Counted from the first letter of the stretch, positions 1-7,601 are shown. The stretch: DNA of 11,890 bases from Leptospirales bacterium (GCA_040326155.1 JBEQLE010000099.1:1-11890); one strand, 5' to 3'. Made by a program: numbers and translations. The notes: generated by a model not told the origin, from the letters alone.

Positions 1-1
1 G

Positions 2-367
2 TTTTATGGATACAACAAATGTGCAACTTCGCGAAAAGGCGAAAAAGTTTTAGTTGCTAAGAAAATCGAATATAAATTTATCGATGTTACTCTAAAGCCG
101 CCGGCGAAATCGGCCCTGAAAAAAATAATTCAACAATCGGGTGAACCGATTAAAAAGTTTTTCAACACTGCAGGTATTGCATACAAAGAAGGGAATATTA
201 AAGACAAAATTAAAGAAATGACAGACGCTCAGATGATAGAGCTTTTAGCCAGCGACGGACGCTTACTAAAACGTCCCGTTGTTACAGACGGCGAGATTTC
301 TACAGTGGGTTTTAAAGAAGAGGTTTTTCAAAAAACCTGGAAAAAAAAGAGAAAGACAGCCGCATAA
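2..367 (+). CDS. ArsC/Spx/MgsR-family thioredoxin-fold protein, 5'-truncated by the window edge
   Basis: Manual translation of frame 2: FYGYNKCATSRKGEK...KKFFNTAGIAYKEGNIKDKIKEMTDAQMIELLASDGRLLKRPVVTDGEISTVGFKEEVFQKTWKKKRKTAA*. It has the family motifs Y-x-x-C-x-T-x-R-K, FFNT-x-G, L-x-KRP and VGF. Stop TAA at 365-367. Not in the supplied ORF track. Confidence 0.92.
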   Translation, partial: FYGYNKCATSRKGEKVLVAKKIEYKFIDVTLKPPAKSALKKIIQQSGEPIKKFFNTAGIAYKEGNIKDKIKEMTDAQMIELLASDGRLLKRPVVTDGEISTVGFKEEVFQKTWKKKRKTAA

Positions 368-402
368 TGAATCTCTGAAAAATTTTCAGAATTACATTCG
401 AA

Positions 403-861
403 TTAAGGGCGCAGTTTTTCAACTGTTTTCCATTGCGAGGGGGTCACCGGTTGTATCGACAGGCGGCTCCCTTTTTGCATTAATACCATATCTTGAAGGT
501 CCGGCAAAGTTTTTAACTCTTCTCTGCTAATGGGTGGCGTAAAATCACGTTTCCATTGTATGTCGACCATCGACCATCGCGGTTCTTCGGCAGGTGACTT
601 TATGTCAAAATATTTACTGTCAGGGTCAAACTGGGTTGTATCGGGGTAGGCCTCTTTTACAACTTCACATATACCACAGATGACCTGGGGTTTTACAACC
701 GAGTGGTAAAAAAACACAAGATCCCCTTTTTGCATGGAGCGCATAAAGTTGCGAGCCTGATAATTACGAACTCCGTCCCATTCGGTGATTTTATTTTTTT
801 CAGCTTTCAAGTCATTCCAGGAATACCCGGAAGGTTCCGTTTTAAAAAGCCAGTAATTCAT
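403..861 (-). CDS. EVE domain protein (PUA-like, THYN1-type)
   Basis: Motifs YWLFKTEP, WDGVRNYQARNFMR-x-M-x-x-GD-x-x-FFYHS, AYPD-x-TQFD and RLSIQPV. The family normally begins at M-x-YWL, which favours the ATG at 861 over the ORF-track start at 891. Confidence 0.95.
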   Translation of the reverse strand: MNYWLFKTEPSGYSWNDLKAEKNKITEWDGVRNYQARNFMRSMQKGDLVFFYHSVVKPQVICGICEVVKEAYPDTTQFDPDSKYFDIKSPAEEPRWSMVDIQWKRDFTPPISREELKTLPDLQDMVLMQKGSRLSIQPVTPSQWKTVEKLRP

Positions 862-933
862 GCCTCGGGAATTTGAACCAATAGAACTCATGAGGCTTTA
901 TCTTTTGTCGACCAAACCGGACAAGACTTTTCT

Positions 934-1965
934 TCACATTGGGCCGTCCCAGTTTTTCTTTTCATAGGTTTTTACTACTTTATTATTGACTAGAAAATCG
1001 GTAACATATACATTCGCAACATATTCCATACCAATCTGGGTATAGCTTGAAATTCGAATATGCATATTGGAATTTTTCAGTTTAATAATACATAGTATTT
1101 CAGCTCTTGCAATTGTATTTTCCAGGGTTGGTTTTTCCAATACTCTATCTTCTTCATCAATGTCGTCTTCTTCTTTTAAAGATTCTACAATGGCACGGTA
1201 CTCTTCGTCAGAGTAGGGGCGTACCTTCCCCTGTGTTGAGAAATCTATACTTTCTAACTGCTCATGAAAAACTGAGAACACTAAAGCAGTTTTTTCAGGT
1301 TTAGATGAAGCTTTAAAATGTAATAAAGCCAGTTGAGGTTCCGAAAAAGGCTGGAAAAAATAGCTACTCTGCTCTTCAGAATTGGGTAAATATCCACAAT
1401 AATTGGTGACAAATTTTGCATTTTCAGGTAGCATTTTCTTCTGATTCTCAAGAGCAAAAAAGACGATGTTGGCTTGCAGACTCTTATCTTCTACAGGTTT
1501 TTCACAAAGTTTTTGCTCTGAGCTAATTTTTTCCAGATATATGGAACCAGAAGGCAAGATCTCTCCTATGTATATATTATTATAGAGCGCTTCGATCTTC
1601 GCTGGTTCTGTCTTCTCAGGCTGGACAATCTCTTTTGACAAAGCTCCCCCATACACCCAGCCGGTAACCCCATTTAAAGTTTCTATTTTAAGAAATGGAG
1701 AGTTATACTTTTTTCCACGCAGTGTAACCTTTGCTGTTTCCGAACTTTCTTCTTCGAGAAAAATTACTTTTTCACCTTCTGCAAGAAAACCGATCGCTTT
1801 ACCGGATAAACCGGATTGTTTTCGTATGCGTGCCTGGTCAACTTGAGAGTACAAATATTTATCTTTGTTTTCCGGGTCGTCTACTTGTATTTTATTCTCA
1901 TCTTTACAGTGAAAAAATAATAGTAGTACGGTAATTAGCAGATAATGTAGAAGTTTCTTTGCCAT
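934..1965 (-). CDS. Predicted lipoprotein with an N-terminal bacterial SH3 (SH3b) domain and an unassigned C-terminal region
   Basis: Basic N-terminus, hydrophobic stretch and Cys20 (MAKKLLHYLLITVLLLFFH-C) form a spirochaete-like lipobox. SH3b pattern ARIRKQSG...GEKV...FLKIETLNGVTGWVYGGAL. Confidence 0.8.
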   Translation of the reverse strand: MAKKLLHYLLITVLLLFFHCKDENKIQVDDPENKDKYLYSQVDQARIRKQSGLSGKAIGFLAEGEKVIFLEEESSETAKVTLRGKKYNSPFLKIETLNGVTGWVYGGALSKEIVQPEKTEPAKIEALYNNIYIGEILPSGSIYLEKISSEQKLCEKPVEDKSLQANIVFFALENQKKMLPENAKFVTNYCGYLPNSEEQSSYFFQPFSEPQLALLHFKASSKPEKTALVFSVFHEQLESIDFSTQGKVRPYSDEEYRAIVESLKEEDDIDEEDRVLEKPTLENTIARAEILCIIKLKNSNMHIRISSYTQIGMEYVANVYVTDFLVNNKVVKTYEKKNWDGPM

Positions 1966-2208
1966 ACGTATCTTTTAAAAAAGTAATGTTGAGAGTCAAA
2001 TGTTTTAATAATAAGATTTCCATCTGACTTTGGTAGGTTAAAAGGTATTACTATTGCATCGGTGGAATGAAATCGTTCTCATCTATTTACCATTGACTTT
2101 AAAGATTTATAAGCGAATTATATAAATATGTCCACTTCGTTGATATGAAATCAATCTAATATGTTCGGCGGGTGAGCATTATGCACGAAATGGCATTTGT
2201 GATACAGG

Positions 2209-2344
2209 ATATAACCTCTACAAATTAAGGTACAAAATATATAACCTCTACAAATTAAGGTACAAAATATAAAACCCATACAAATTAAGTATTAAAATAG
2301 AAATGTATATACAATTCGAACAACAAAATATAAATGGTCACAAT
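2209..2344. repeat. 30-bp tandem repeat: two perfect copies followed by progressively degenerate copies
   Basis: ATAACCTCTACAAATTAAGGTACAAAATAT is identical at 2211-2240 and 2241-2270. The copy at 2271-2300 matches 22/30. The copy at 2301-2331 keeps TACAA and CAAAATAT, and a fragment follows to about 2344. Confidence 0.95.
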
Positions 2345-2403
2345 ATCTCGTGTTGAGAGACAAATCTTTAGTTGCGTGGTGGGGAGTAAGATATAAGAGA
2401 TTA

Positions 2404-2430
2404 AAAATGAAACCAGATGGCTTTCATTTT
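2404..2430. repeat. 9-bp inverted repeat with a 9-nt spacer
   Basis: AAAATGAAA (2404-2412) / TTTCATTTT (2422-2430). Confidence 0.6.
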
Positions 2431-2445
2431 ATACATTTATGGAAA

Positions 2446-2464
2446 GTTGATCATAATGGTCAAC
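2446..2464. promoter_or_regulatory. Candidate operator, 9-1-9 near-perfect palindrome
   Basis: GTTGATCAT-A-ATGGTCAAC has one mismatch and lies about 110 nt upstream of the kinase start. The regulatory role is inferred. Confidence 0.45.
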
Positions 2465-2575
2465 GTCTCGCTGACTACCTCCTTTAAATACAAAACTCTA
2501 GATAAAAAATTATAGATACAATGTTCTTATAAACATACACATAGAGAGCGTTTTATCATTACAGGGTTCGTTTAA

Positions 2576-4582
2576 ATGAGAAAGAAAAGAAAAAATATCC
2601 CAAAATCAGAAAATTTTTCTGTATATCTAAATAAGACACGAAACGATTGGTTAAAGATTGTTTCGATGCTGTCTTTTACACTAATACCGACGTTTATCGT
2701 ACTCGATTACATTGTAATGCCAGATGAGCTGTTTGCAAAATTTATGATTTTTCGTCTGGTGGTTTCGGGCATACTTATTATCCAATATATTATTTTGCGC
2801 ATGTCTTCTCGATATGCCTCTTTGCACGGACTTTTTATAACCATCCTGGCGGGTACCATGATAGCCCTGATGACAAATGATCTGGGGGGTTTTGATTCTG
2901 GGTATTATGCAGGCTTAAACCTGGTAATGATGGCCGTCGTAATACTGGTTCCCTGGGGATTCGCTCACGGGATATTGAATGCTTTGACCATAATCGGCAT
3001 TTATGCAATTGTAAACGTTTTGAACCTTCATTCTTTTCAGATTGAAAATTTAATTAATAACATGTATTTTTTATTTTCGACGGCTCTTATTGCCGTATCC
3101 GTAAGCCAGATACGGTTGCAATTGTTACGAAAAGAGTTTGATGCTAATATACATTTAATTATTGCTAAAGAAGAGCAAGATACTATTATGAATTCGGTAG
3201 ACGAAGGACTATTTATCGTTCAGCAGGAGAAGGAAGATGAATATGTTATTGGTAGTCAGCAATCTGAAGCTGTAACCCAAATTCTAGGTACCAGTTCGCT
3301 CGCTGGTAAAGGTTTTCTAGAAGCTTTATCACCTTATTTCCCGGAAAAAATTATAACAGATCTGGCCGAATATCTCTTTATGATTTTCAATAGAGACGTA
3401 GATAATGACCTAATACGTGATCTTAACCCGCTTGAAAAACTGGAAGCGGATATACCGAGTGAATTGGAAATTGAGAATAAAATGTTAAAATTTGAATTTA
3501 AACCGATTCGACAAATGTCCGGGGAGAAAAGTTACCTTATCAGCATTAAAGATGTGAGTAAGGAAGTTGAAATGGAGAATCGAATGCTCAATAACGAGAT
3601 TAAGGCTGAGCATGAAAGTCAGATGATGCTGGCTATACTTCAACAGGGTCCTGCGATGCTTCAAGATTTTGTTCACGGAGTCGAAACGGAAATTTCAGAT
3701 ATAGAAAAAGCTATAAGTACGGATAACAATACCGAAGAACTCAGTGACGCAATTGAAACGATATTTCGCGCAGCTCACTCGATGAAGGGAAATGCGGCGT
3801 TGCTCAATTTAAAATTCTTTGCAGAACAACTGGATGTATTTGAAGAAAAAATAATAGAACTGCGCGATAGCGACAAACTTGTTCGGGAAGACTTACAGAC
3901 CATTGAAAGTGACCTGGATATTATTAAAGAAGTTTATACTACATTACAAGGTTTAATTAAAAATATTCAAGAATTTCAAGGTAAAAAAGAGACGGAAACT
4001 CAAGAAACTGCCTTGGAGTCGATACCCGGAGCTCTTACCGAACTGGTCGGCCGAATTTCCGTAGAGTTGGGAAAAAAGGTACGTCTGATTGCAGAAAAAA
4101 CTGATTTTACAGGGCTGCCTGCTTCATCCGCTTATATTATACGTGATATTTTAGTGCAATTAACACGAAATTCGATAACACATGGTTTAGAAGAGCCCGA
4201 AGCGCGAGTGAAATCGGGCAAAGATGAAACTGGCAGCATTACTTTAAACATGCAACCAGATGGAGATTCCTTTATGATTGATTATCGTGACGATGGAAAA
4301 TCTTTTGATTTTGCTGCAATCCGTAAAAAAGGTCTTGAAAGCGGTAAAATTCTGGAATCTGAAGTTGAACAATGGAATGATACAAAGTTATTAAAACTGA
4401 TTTTTGACTCCGGTTTTTCTACAGCTGGTGAGAGTACAATGCACGCCGGTCGGGGTGTGGGAATGGATATTGTCAAGCAGCGGATAAAAAATATGGGCGG
4501 AGATTTTAAAATCAAATATCGACAGGGAGAATATACTGAATTTAAAATAACCATTCCGATAAAGGTTCTTCAGGAAGTTTAA
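2576..4582 (+). CDS. Membrane-bound CheA-like (class III) histidine kinase: multi-TM sensor, PAS-like linker, Hpt, HATPase; no CheW domain
   Basis: About six hydrophobic segments in residues ~25-185. Hpt motif IFRAAHSMKGNA. CheA-type N box QLTRNSITHGLE, G1 DDGKS, F box IFDSGFST and G2 AGRGVGMDIV. The protein ends right after the HATPase (TEFKITIP). Confidence 0.92.
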   Translation: MRKKRKNIPKSENFSVYLNKTRNDWLKIVSMLSFTLIPTFIVLDYIVMPDELFAKFMIFRLVVSGILIIQYIILRMSSRYASLHGLFITILAGTMIALMTNDLGGFDSGYYAGLNLVMMAVVILVPWGFAHGILNALTIIGIYAIVNVLNLHSFQIENLINNMYFLFSTALIAVSVSQIRLQLLRKEFDANIHLIIAKEEQDTIMNSVDEGLFIVQQEKEDEYVIGSQQSEAVTQILGTSSLAGKGFLEALSPYFPEKIITDLAEYLFMIFNRDVDNDLIRDLNPLEKLEADIPSELEIENKMLKFEFKPIRQMSGEKSYLISIKDVSKEVEMENRMLNNEIKAEHESQMMLAILQQGPAMLQDFVHGVETEISDIEKAISTDNNTEELSDAIETIFRAAHSMKGNAALLNLKFFAEQLDVFEEKIIELRDSDKLVREDLQTIESDLDIIKEVYTTLQGLIKNIQEFQGKKETETQETALESIPGALTELVGRISVELGKKVRLIAEKTDFTGLPASSAYIIRDILVQLTRNSITHGLEEPEARVKSGKDETGSITLNMQPDGDSFMIDYRDDGKSFDFAAIRKKGLESGKILESEVEQWNDTKLLKLIFDSGFSTAGESTMHAGRGVGMDIVKQRIKNMGGDFKIKYRQGEYTEFKITIPIKVLQEV

Positions 4583-4606
4583 CAAGAAGTTGTATTTAAA
4601 AATTTA

Positions 4607-4612
4607 AAGGAG
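4607..4612 (+). promoter_or_regulatory. Ribosome-binding site of the response regulator
   Basis: AAGGAG, 6 nt before ATG 4619. Confidence 0.75.
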
Positions 4613-4618
4613 AAGATT

Positions 4619-5032
4619 ATGAAAATTATGATTGTTGATGATTCCACAATAGTTCGGACAGTGATTAAGCGATATTTGGCAATCACTAAAGACGAAATTG
4701 TGGCGTATGCGGCTAATGGCGTTGAAGCAATTGAGCGATTTAAAGAACATTTACCAGATCTTGTGACGCTTGATATAACAATGCCAGAAATGAATGGTTT
4801 GGAAGCTCTCGAAAGAATGCTGGAAATTAAACCCGATGCAAGTATACTGATGATTTCGGCGCTGTCGTCCAAAGACACTGTTGTAAAAGCAATAAACATG
4901 GGTGCGGCCGGGTATTTAGTAAAACCCGTAGAAGCACACCAATTGATTGATAAGATCAAAGCCATTAAGGAGGCAGCAAATGAAGGAAGCGGATTTAAGC
5001 GTATATTCCGGTGGCGTAGACAATTACTTTAA
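4619..5032 (+). CDS. CheY-like single-domain response regulator
   Basis: IMIVDD acidic pocket, phosphoacceptor in PDLVTLDITMP, ISA switch, GA-x-x-YLVKP. No output domain. Confidence 0.95.
   Translation: MKIMIVDDSTIVRTVIKRYLAITKDEIVAYAANGVEAIERFKEHLPDLVTLDITMPEMNGLEALERMLEIKPDASILMISALSSKDTVVKAINMGAAGYLVKPVEAHQLIDKIKAIKEAANEGSGFKRIFRWRRQLL
4966..4973 (+). promoter_or_regulatory. Ribosome-binding site of cheX
   Basis: TAAGGAGG, 6 nt before ATG 4980. Confidence 0.8.
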
Positions 5033-5423
5033 ACAATTTCCGGATTCTAAAGTTGTTATGAAAGATCATTATCCTATGGAGGATAAATTTGTTTTTCTTG
5101 ATTATTCGGCAATAATTGGTATATCCGGTTCAAGAAAAGGTGGATTGTATGTAACTGTTCCTACGGCTATGATTGATGATTTAATAACGGCTATGGGAGT
5201 TGGTCCTGCGGACGATGCATTGCGAAAAGACATGATCGGTGAAGTTGCTAATAACATAGCTGGCAATGCCGGTGAAGTATTTGGTGGAGATTTTAAAATT
5301 TCGGTTCCTATTGTTGTAACAGGTGAAAAGCATAATATCGAATTACCGGTAGCAATACCGGCAATGACTATCCCCGTTGAATGGAAAGGACATACGTCAT
5401 TTCTTGTGGTTGGGACAGAATAA
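4980..5423 (+). CDS. cheX: CheX-family CheY-P phosphatase
   Basis: DYSAIIGISGSRKG, catalytic E-x-x-N in DMIGEVANNIAGNA, and ISVPIVVTG. The start is moved from 4947 to ATG 4980 because of the strong Shine-Dalgarno sequence. Confidence 0.93.
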   Translation: MKEADLSVYSGGVDNYFKQFPDSKVVMKDHYPMEDKFVFLDYSAIIGISGSRKGGLYVTVPTAMIDDLITAMGVGPADDALRKDMIGEVANNIAGNAGEVFGGDFKISVPIVVTGEKHNIELPVAIPAMTIPVEWKGHTSFLVVGTE

Positions 5424-5468
5424 TATTTCTTCTCGAGACAAAACAAAATATAAAAAAAATAGATCAGA

Positions 5469-5512
5469 AAACTGTATAAAAACCTTTCAAAATAAAGGTT
5501 TTTATACAGTTT
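5469..5512 (+). terminator. Perfect 19-bp hairpin, probable terminator of the kinase operon
   Basis: AAACTGTATAAAAACCTTT (5469-5487), loop CAAAAT, AAAGGTTTTTATACAGTTT (5494-5512), 45 nt after the cheX stop. Confidence 0.7.
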
Positions 5513-5594
5513 AATTTAAATAAATCATTTTAGTTCACAAAAAAATCCTTCGGTTTTTTTATGTCGTTACATTCGATTGTTGTTTGACGTTATT

Positions 5595-5626
5595 CGCTTT
5601 TTAAAAAGCGTGGTTTTTAAAAAGCC
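5595..5626. promoter_or_regulatory. Tandem palindromes, candidate operator pair
   Basis: Perfect 16-bp CGCTTTTTAAAAAGCG (5595-5610) followed by GGTTTTTAAAAAGCC (5612-5626). TTGACG lies just upstream at 5584-5589. Confidence 0.45.
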
Positions 5627-5660
5627 TGCTTCGTGGTATTTTTGTTGGTCCATTTTTTGA

Positions 5661-7094
5661 ATGGGCGCTAAAATCTCAAATCGATTACATTCTGCATTTC
5701 TACAAGTTTTTGGTTCAGGTAAATGTATTGACGCTCGACTATATCGTAAAAAATATAGACATGTGCGTGTAGAAATTGGTGAACTACGGAGACTCCATAT
5801 TTGGCCTCACTCTTTTATTTCTATTTTAATTTTACTGGTTTGTATTAGCGGACAAGCCGACGCACTTCCTGGCGATGAAACCGGTCCGAATCGCAGGGTG
5901 ACCATTGACCAGCAGTACTTTGTTGGCCAACTGTCACCTCGGGCAGTTTCGGAGTTTCATTTAAACATACTGATGTTGCAGGGTTTAAGTATAGATATTG
6001 TTGTAGACGCAGCCCATACCTTGACTCCTGAATCGTCGGAGTTTTTCGCTCCATTGTTGGGATTTTTACTTAGGGGTTTTTACCACTTCTATTTTACTGA
6101 ACCTGGAATGAATGCTATGCACCTTTCGGGAACCGCTTTTCGGCAAAATGCGGGAGGTTTAAATACAAAATATTATACCAGCGCGAAAGGATCTCCGCGC
6201 AGACCTGATGGACAAACAATGAGAGAGAACTATTTTGCTTTTTTATGGGATAATATAAAAGGCAGATTTTCGGATAAAAACAAACCGGGGTTTTCCATTG
6301 CCGGCGGAAACTATACGTTTTCGCAAAAACCAGTCAGAAACAATATGCTGGTGGCGATGGGCGGAGCCAATGCGGGCATGTATTTTGCTGAATACATTGC
6401 CAAAGATTTACGATATAAAAATGGTCATTTAAGCCATTTCTCGGGTTATATTTCGGGCAGATTCGATAACTACTCGTATGCTGAAAATGCCCCCCAGGCA
6501 AAAAAAATCGGGGCCGCAAATGACCTGGTTGATATTAATAATTTTTATAAAAAACGGGGAATAAAATTCAGGTACACAGAGGTTCAAGAGGCCACGATAC
6601 TTACTTTTTTAATGAGTGGCACAACGTTGAGTTTTTTACGAAGCACTTTTGTTCGCAGTTACTGGGGAAAACCTGTTCAGCCATTGGTGATAAATGATAT
6701 TATTTTCCCCGATATATATTATTACCTGACTACGCGCGGACCTTCTTACAAAGTAACGGGTGGCTTTCTTACCGAAAAACTGGCCTACCCGTATTCGATA
6801 GAAAGAACCCAGGGAACAAACCCGGCTACTGAAATTCAACTTGGGACTCGTTATTTTTCACCGACCCACCAAGCGGAAATCTTGTTCTTATACAGTAGTT
6901 TATCCAAAGCATTAGGAATAAAATTTTATGGAGAGTATTTTATTTATGGCAATGAAAAATTTGCAATAAAACTCTGGGGTGGGTTAACGAGATACGCCCC
7001 CGGCAGTCTTCAAGCAGAAAGAGAGATGCCCGGAGTGCGTCCCCAGCTTGTAGATACTATAGAGGGTATTATTGGTATTAGCATTGAGTATTAA
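5661..7094 (+). CDS. Exported hypothetical protein, possibly outer-membrane; degenerate metallopeptidase-like N-terminal region; true start probably downstream (e.g. GTG 5763)
   Basis: 477-codon ORF with a signal-peptide-like stretch SFISILILLVCISGQADA. The C-terminal third has alternating aromatic/Gly strand-like segments and ends in GIIGISIEY, resembling a beta-signal. Confidence 0.7.
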   Translation: MGAKISNRLHSAFLQVFGSGKCIDARLYRKKYRHVRVEIGELRRLHIWPHSFISILILLVCISGQADALPGDETGPNRRVTIDQQYFVGQLSPRAVSEFHLNILMLQGLSIDIVVDAAHTLTPESSEFFAPLLGFLLRGFYHFYFTEPGMNAMHLSGTAFRQNAGGLNTKYYTSAKGSPRRPDGQTMRENYFAFLWDNIKGRFSDKNKPGFSIAGGNYTFSQKPVRNNMLVAMGGANAGMYFAEYIAKDLRYKNGHLSHFSGYISGRFDNYSYAENAPQAKKIGAANDLVDINNFYKKRGIKFRYTEVQEATILTFLMSGTTLSFLRSTFVRSYWGKPVQPLVINDIIFPDIYYYLTTRGPSYKVTGGFLTEKLAYPYSIERTQGTNPATEIQLGTRYFSPTHQAEILFLYSSLSKALGIKFYGEYFIYGNEKFAIKLWGGLTRYAPGSLQAEREMPGVRPQLVDTIEGIIGISIEY

Positions 7095-7100
7095 GAAAAT

Positions 7101-7601
7101 ATGTCTGAATTAAATTTATCGCATGAGCTAAAGAATGTTGCCACCCTTATGGTTTCTAGTTCAAAAAATCTTTCGTATATAAATATCAAGAAAGTTAAGT
7201 TTTTTATACGGAACCTCGAAAAAGGGAATTCTGGGGTTCCTTCTGTGCTTTCTACTCTGGTTGGAAAAAACAACTTGCCCCAAGGGCGAAAGTTTTCAAG
7301 GTTTCCGGCTCAAGCTTTGTATCTGTTCTATTTCGACTGGAAACCTTATTTTGATACGACCCCCGAAGAAAGGGCGGGAATATTATATGCCAACCTGTAC
7401 AGTTTGCCGAAAGAATTCAGTGGCGCTCTACCTGAAAGAATTAAAACCTGGGAAGAGATTAACGAATTTAAAGGATGGTATTCTGTAAATGAAAAGGAAG
7501 TAAGTAAAAACTCTGTAATGCAATTGAAATCGACCGTTCTTGAGAAACAATATCGTGTTACTGGTGATTCCTATTCTCAGCCTGAAACAGAACCAGGTTG
7601 A
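7101..7601 (+). CDS. Homologue of small putative (phage-type) metallopeptidases, with the zinc motif lost
   Basis: LSYINIKKVKFF and YFDTTPEERAGILYANLYSLPKEFSGAL parallel the recalled family pattern L-x-YI-D-x-x-RV...FD-x-LS-x-EE...LIHELLHIPK-x-FSGAL. Starts 6 nt after the upstream stop. Confidence 0.7.
   Translation: MSELNLSHELKNVATLMVSSSKNLSYINIKKVKFFIRNLEKGNSGVPSVLSTLVGKNNLPQGRKFSRFPAQALYLFYFDWKPYFDTTPEERAGILYANLYSLPKEFSGALPERIKTWEEINEFKGWYSVNEKEVSKNSVMQLKSTVLEKQYRVTGDSYSQPETEPG

Noticed and set aside
279..530. 83-aa ORF from the track
   Set aside because: It overlaps the real ArsC-family frame and is antisense to the EVE gene.
403..861. EVE protein as part of a modification-dependent defence system
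   Set aside because: It is a stand-alone THYN1-type EVE with no nuclease fusion or defence genes nearby.
2151..2279. 42-codon Cys-rich minus-strand ORF (MGFIFCTLICRGYIFCTLICRGY...)
   Set aside because: The Cys periodicity is a by-product of the 30-bp repeat, there is no ribosome-binding site, and the frame closes in the degenerate copies.
2209..2344. Possible CRISPR array
   Set aside because: The units abut directly with no unique spacers, and no cas genes are present in the window.
4579..5446. Minus-strand ORFs of 128 and 114 aa
   Set aside because: They are antisense shadows of the receiver and cheX genes. The same applies to the short ORFs inside the kinase, lipoprotein, hflX and guaA genes.
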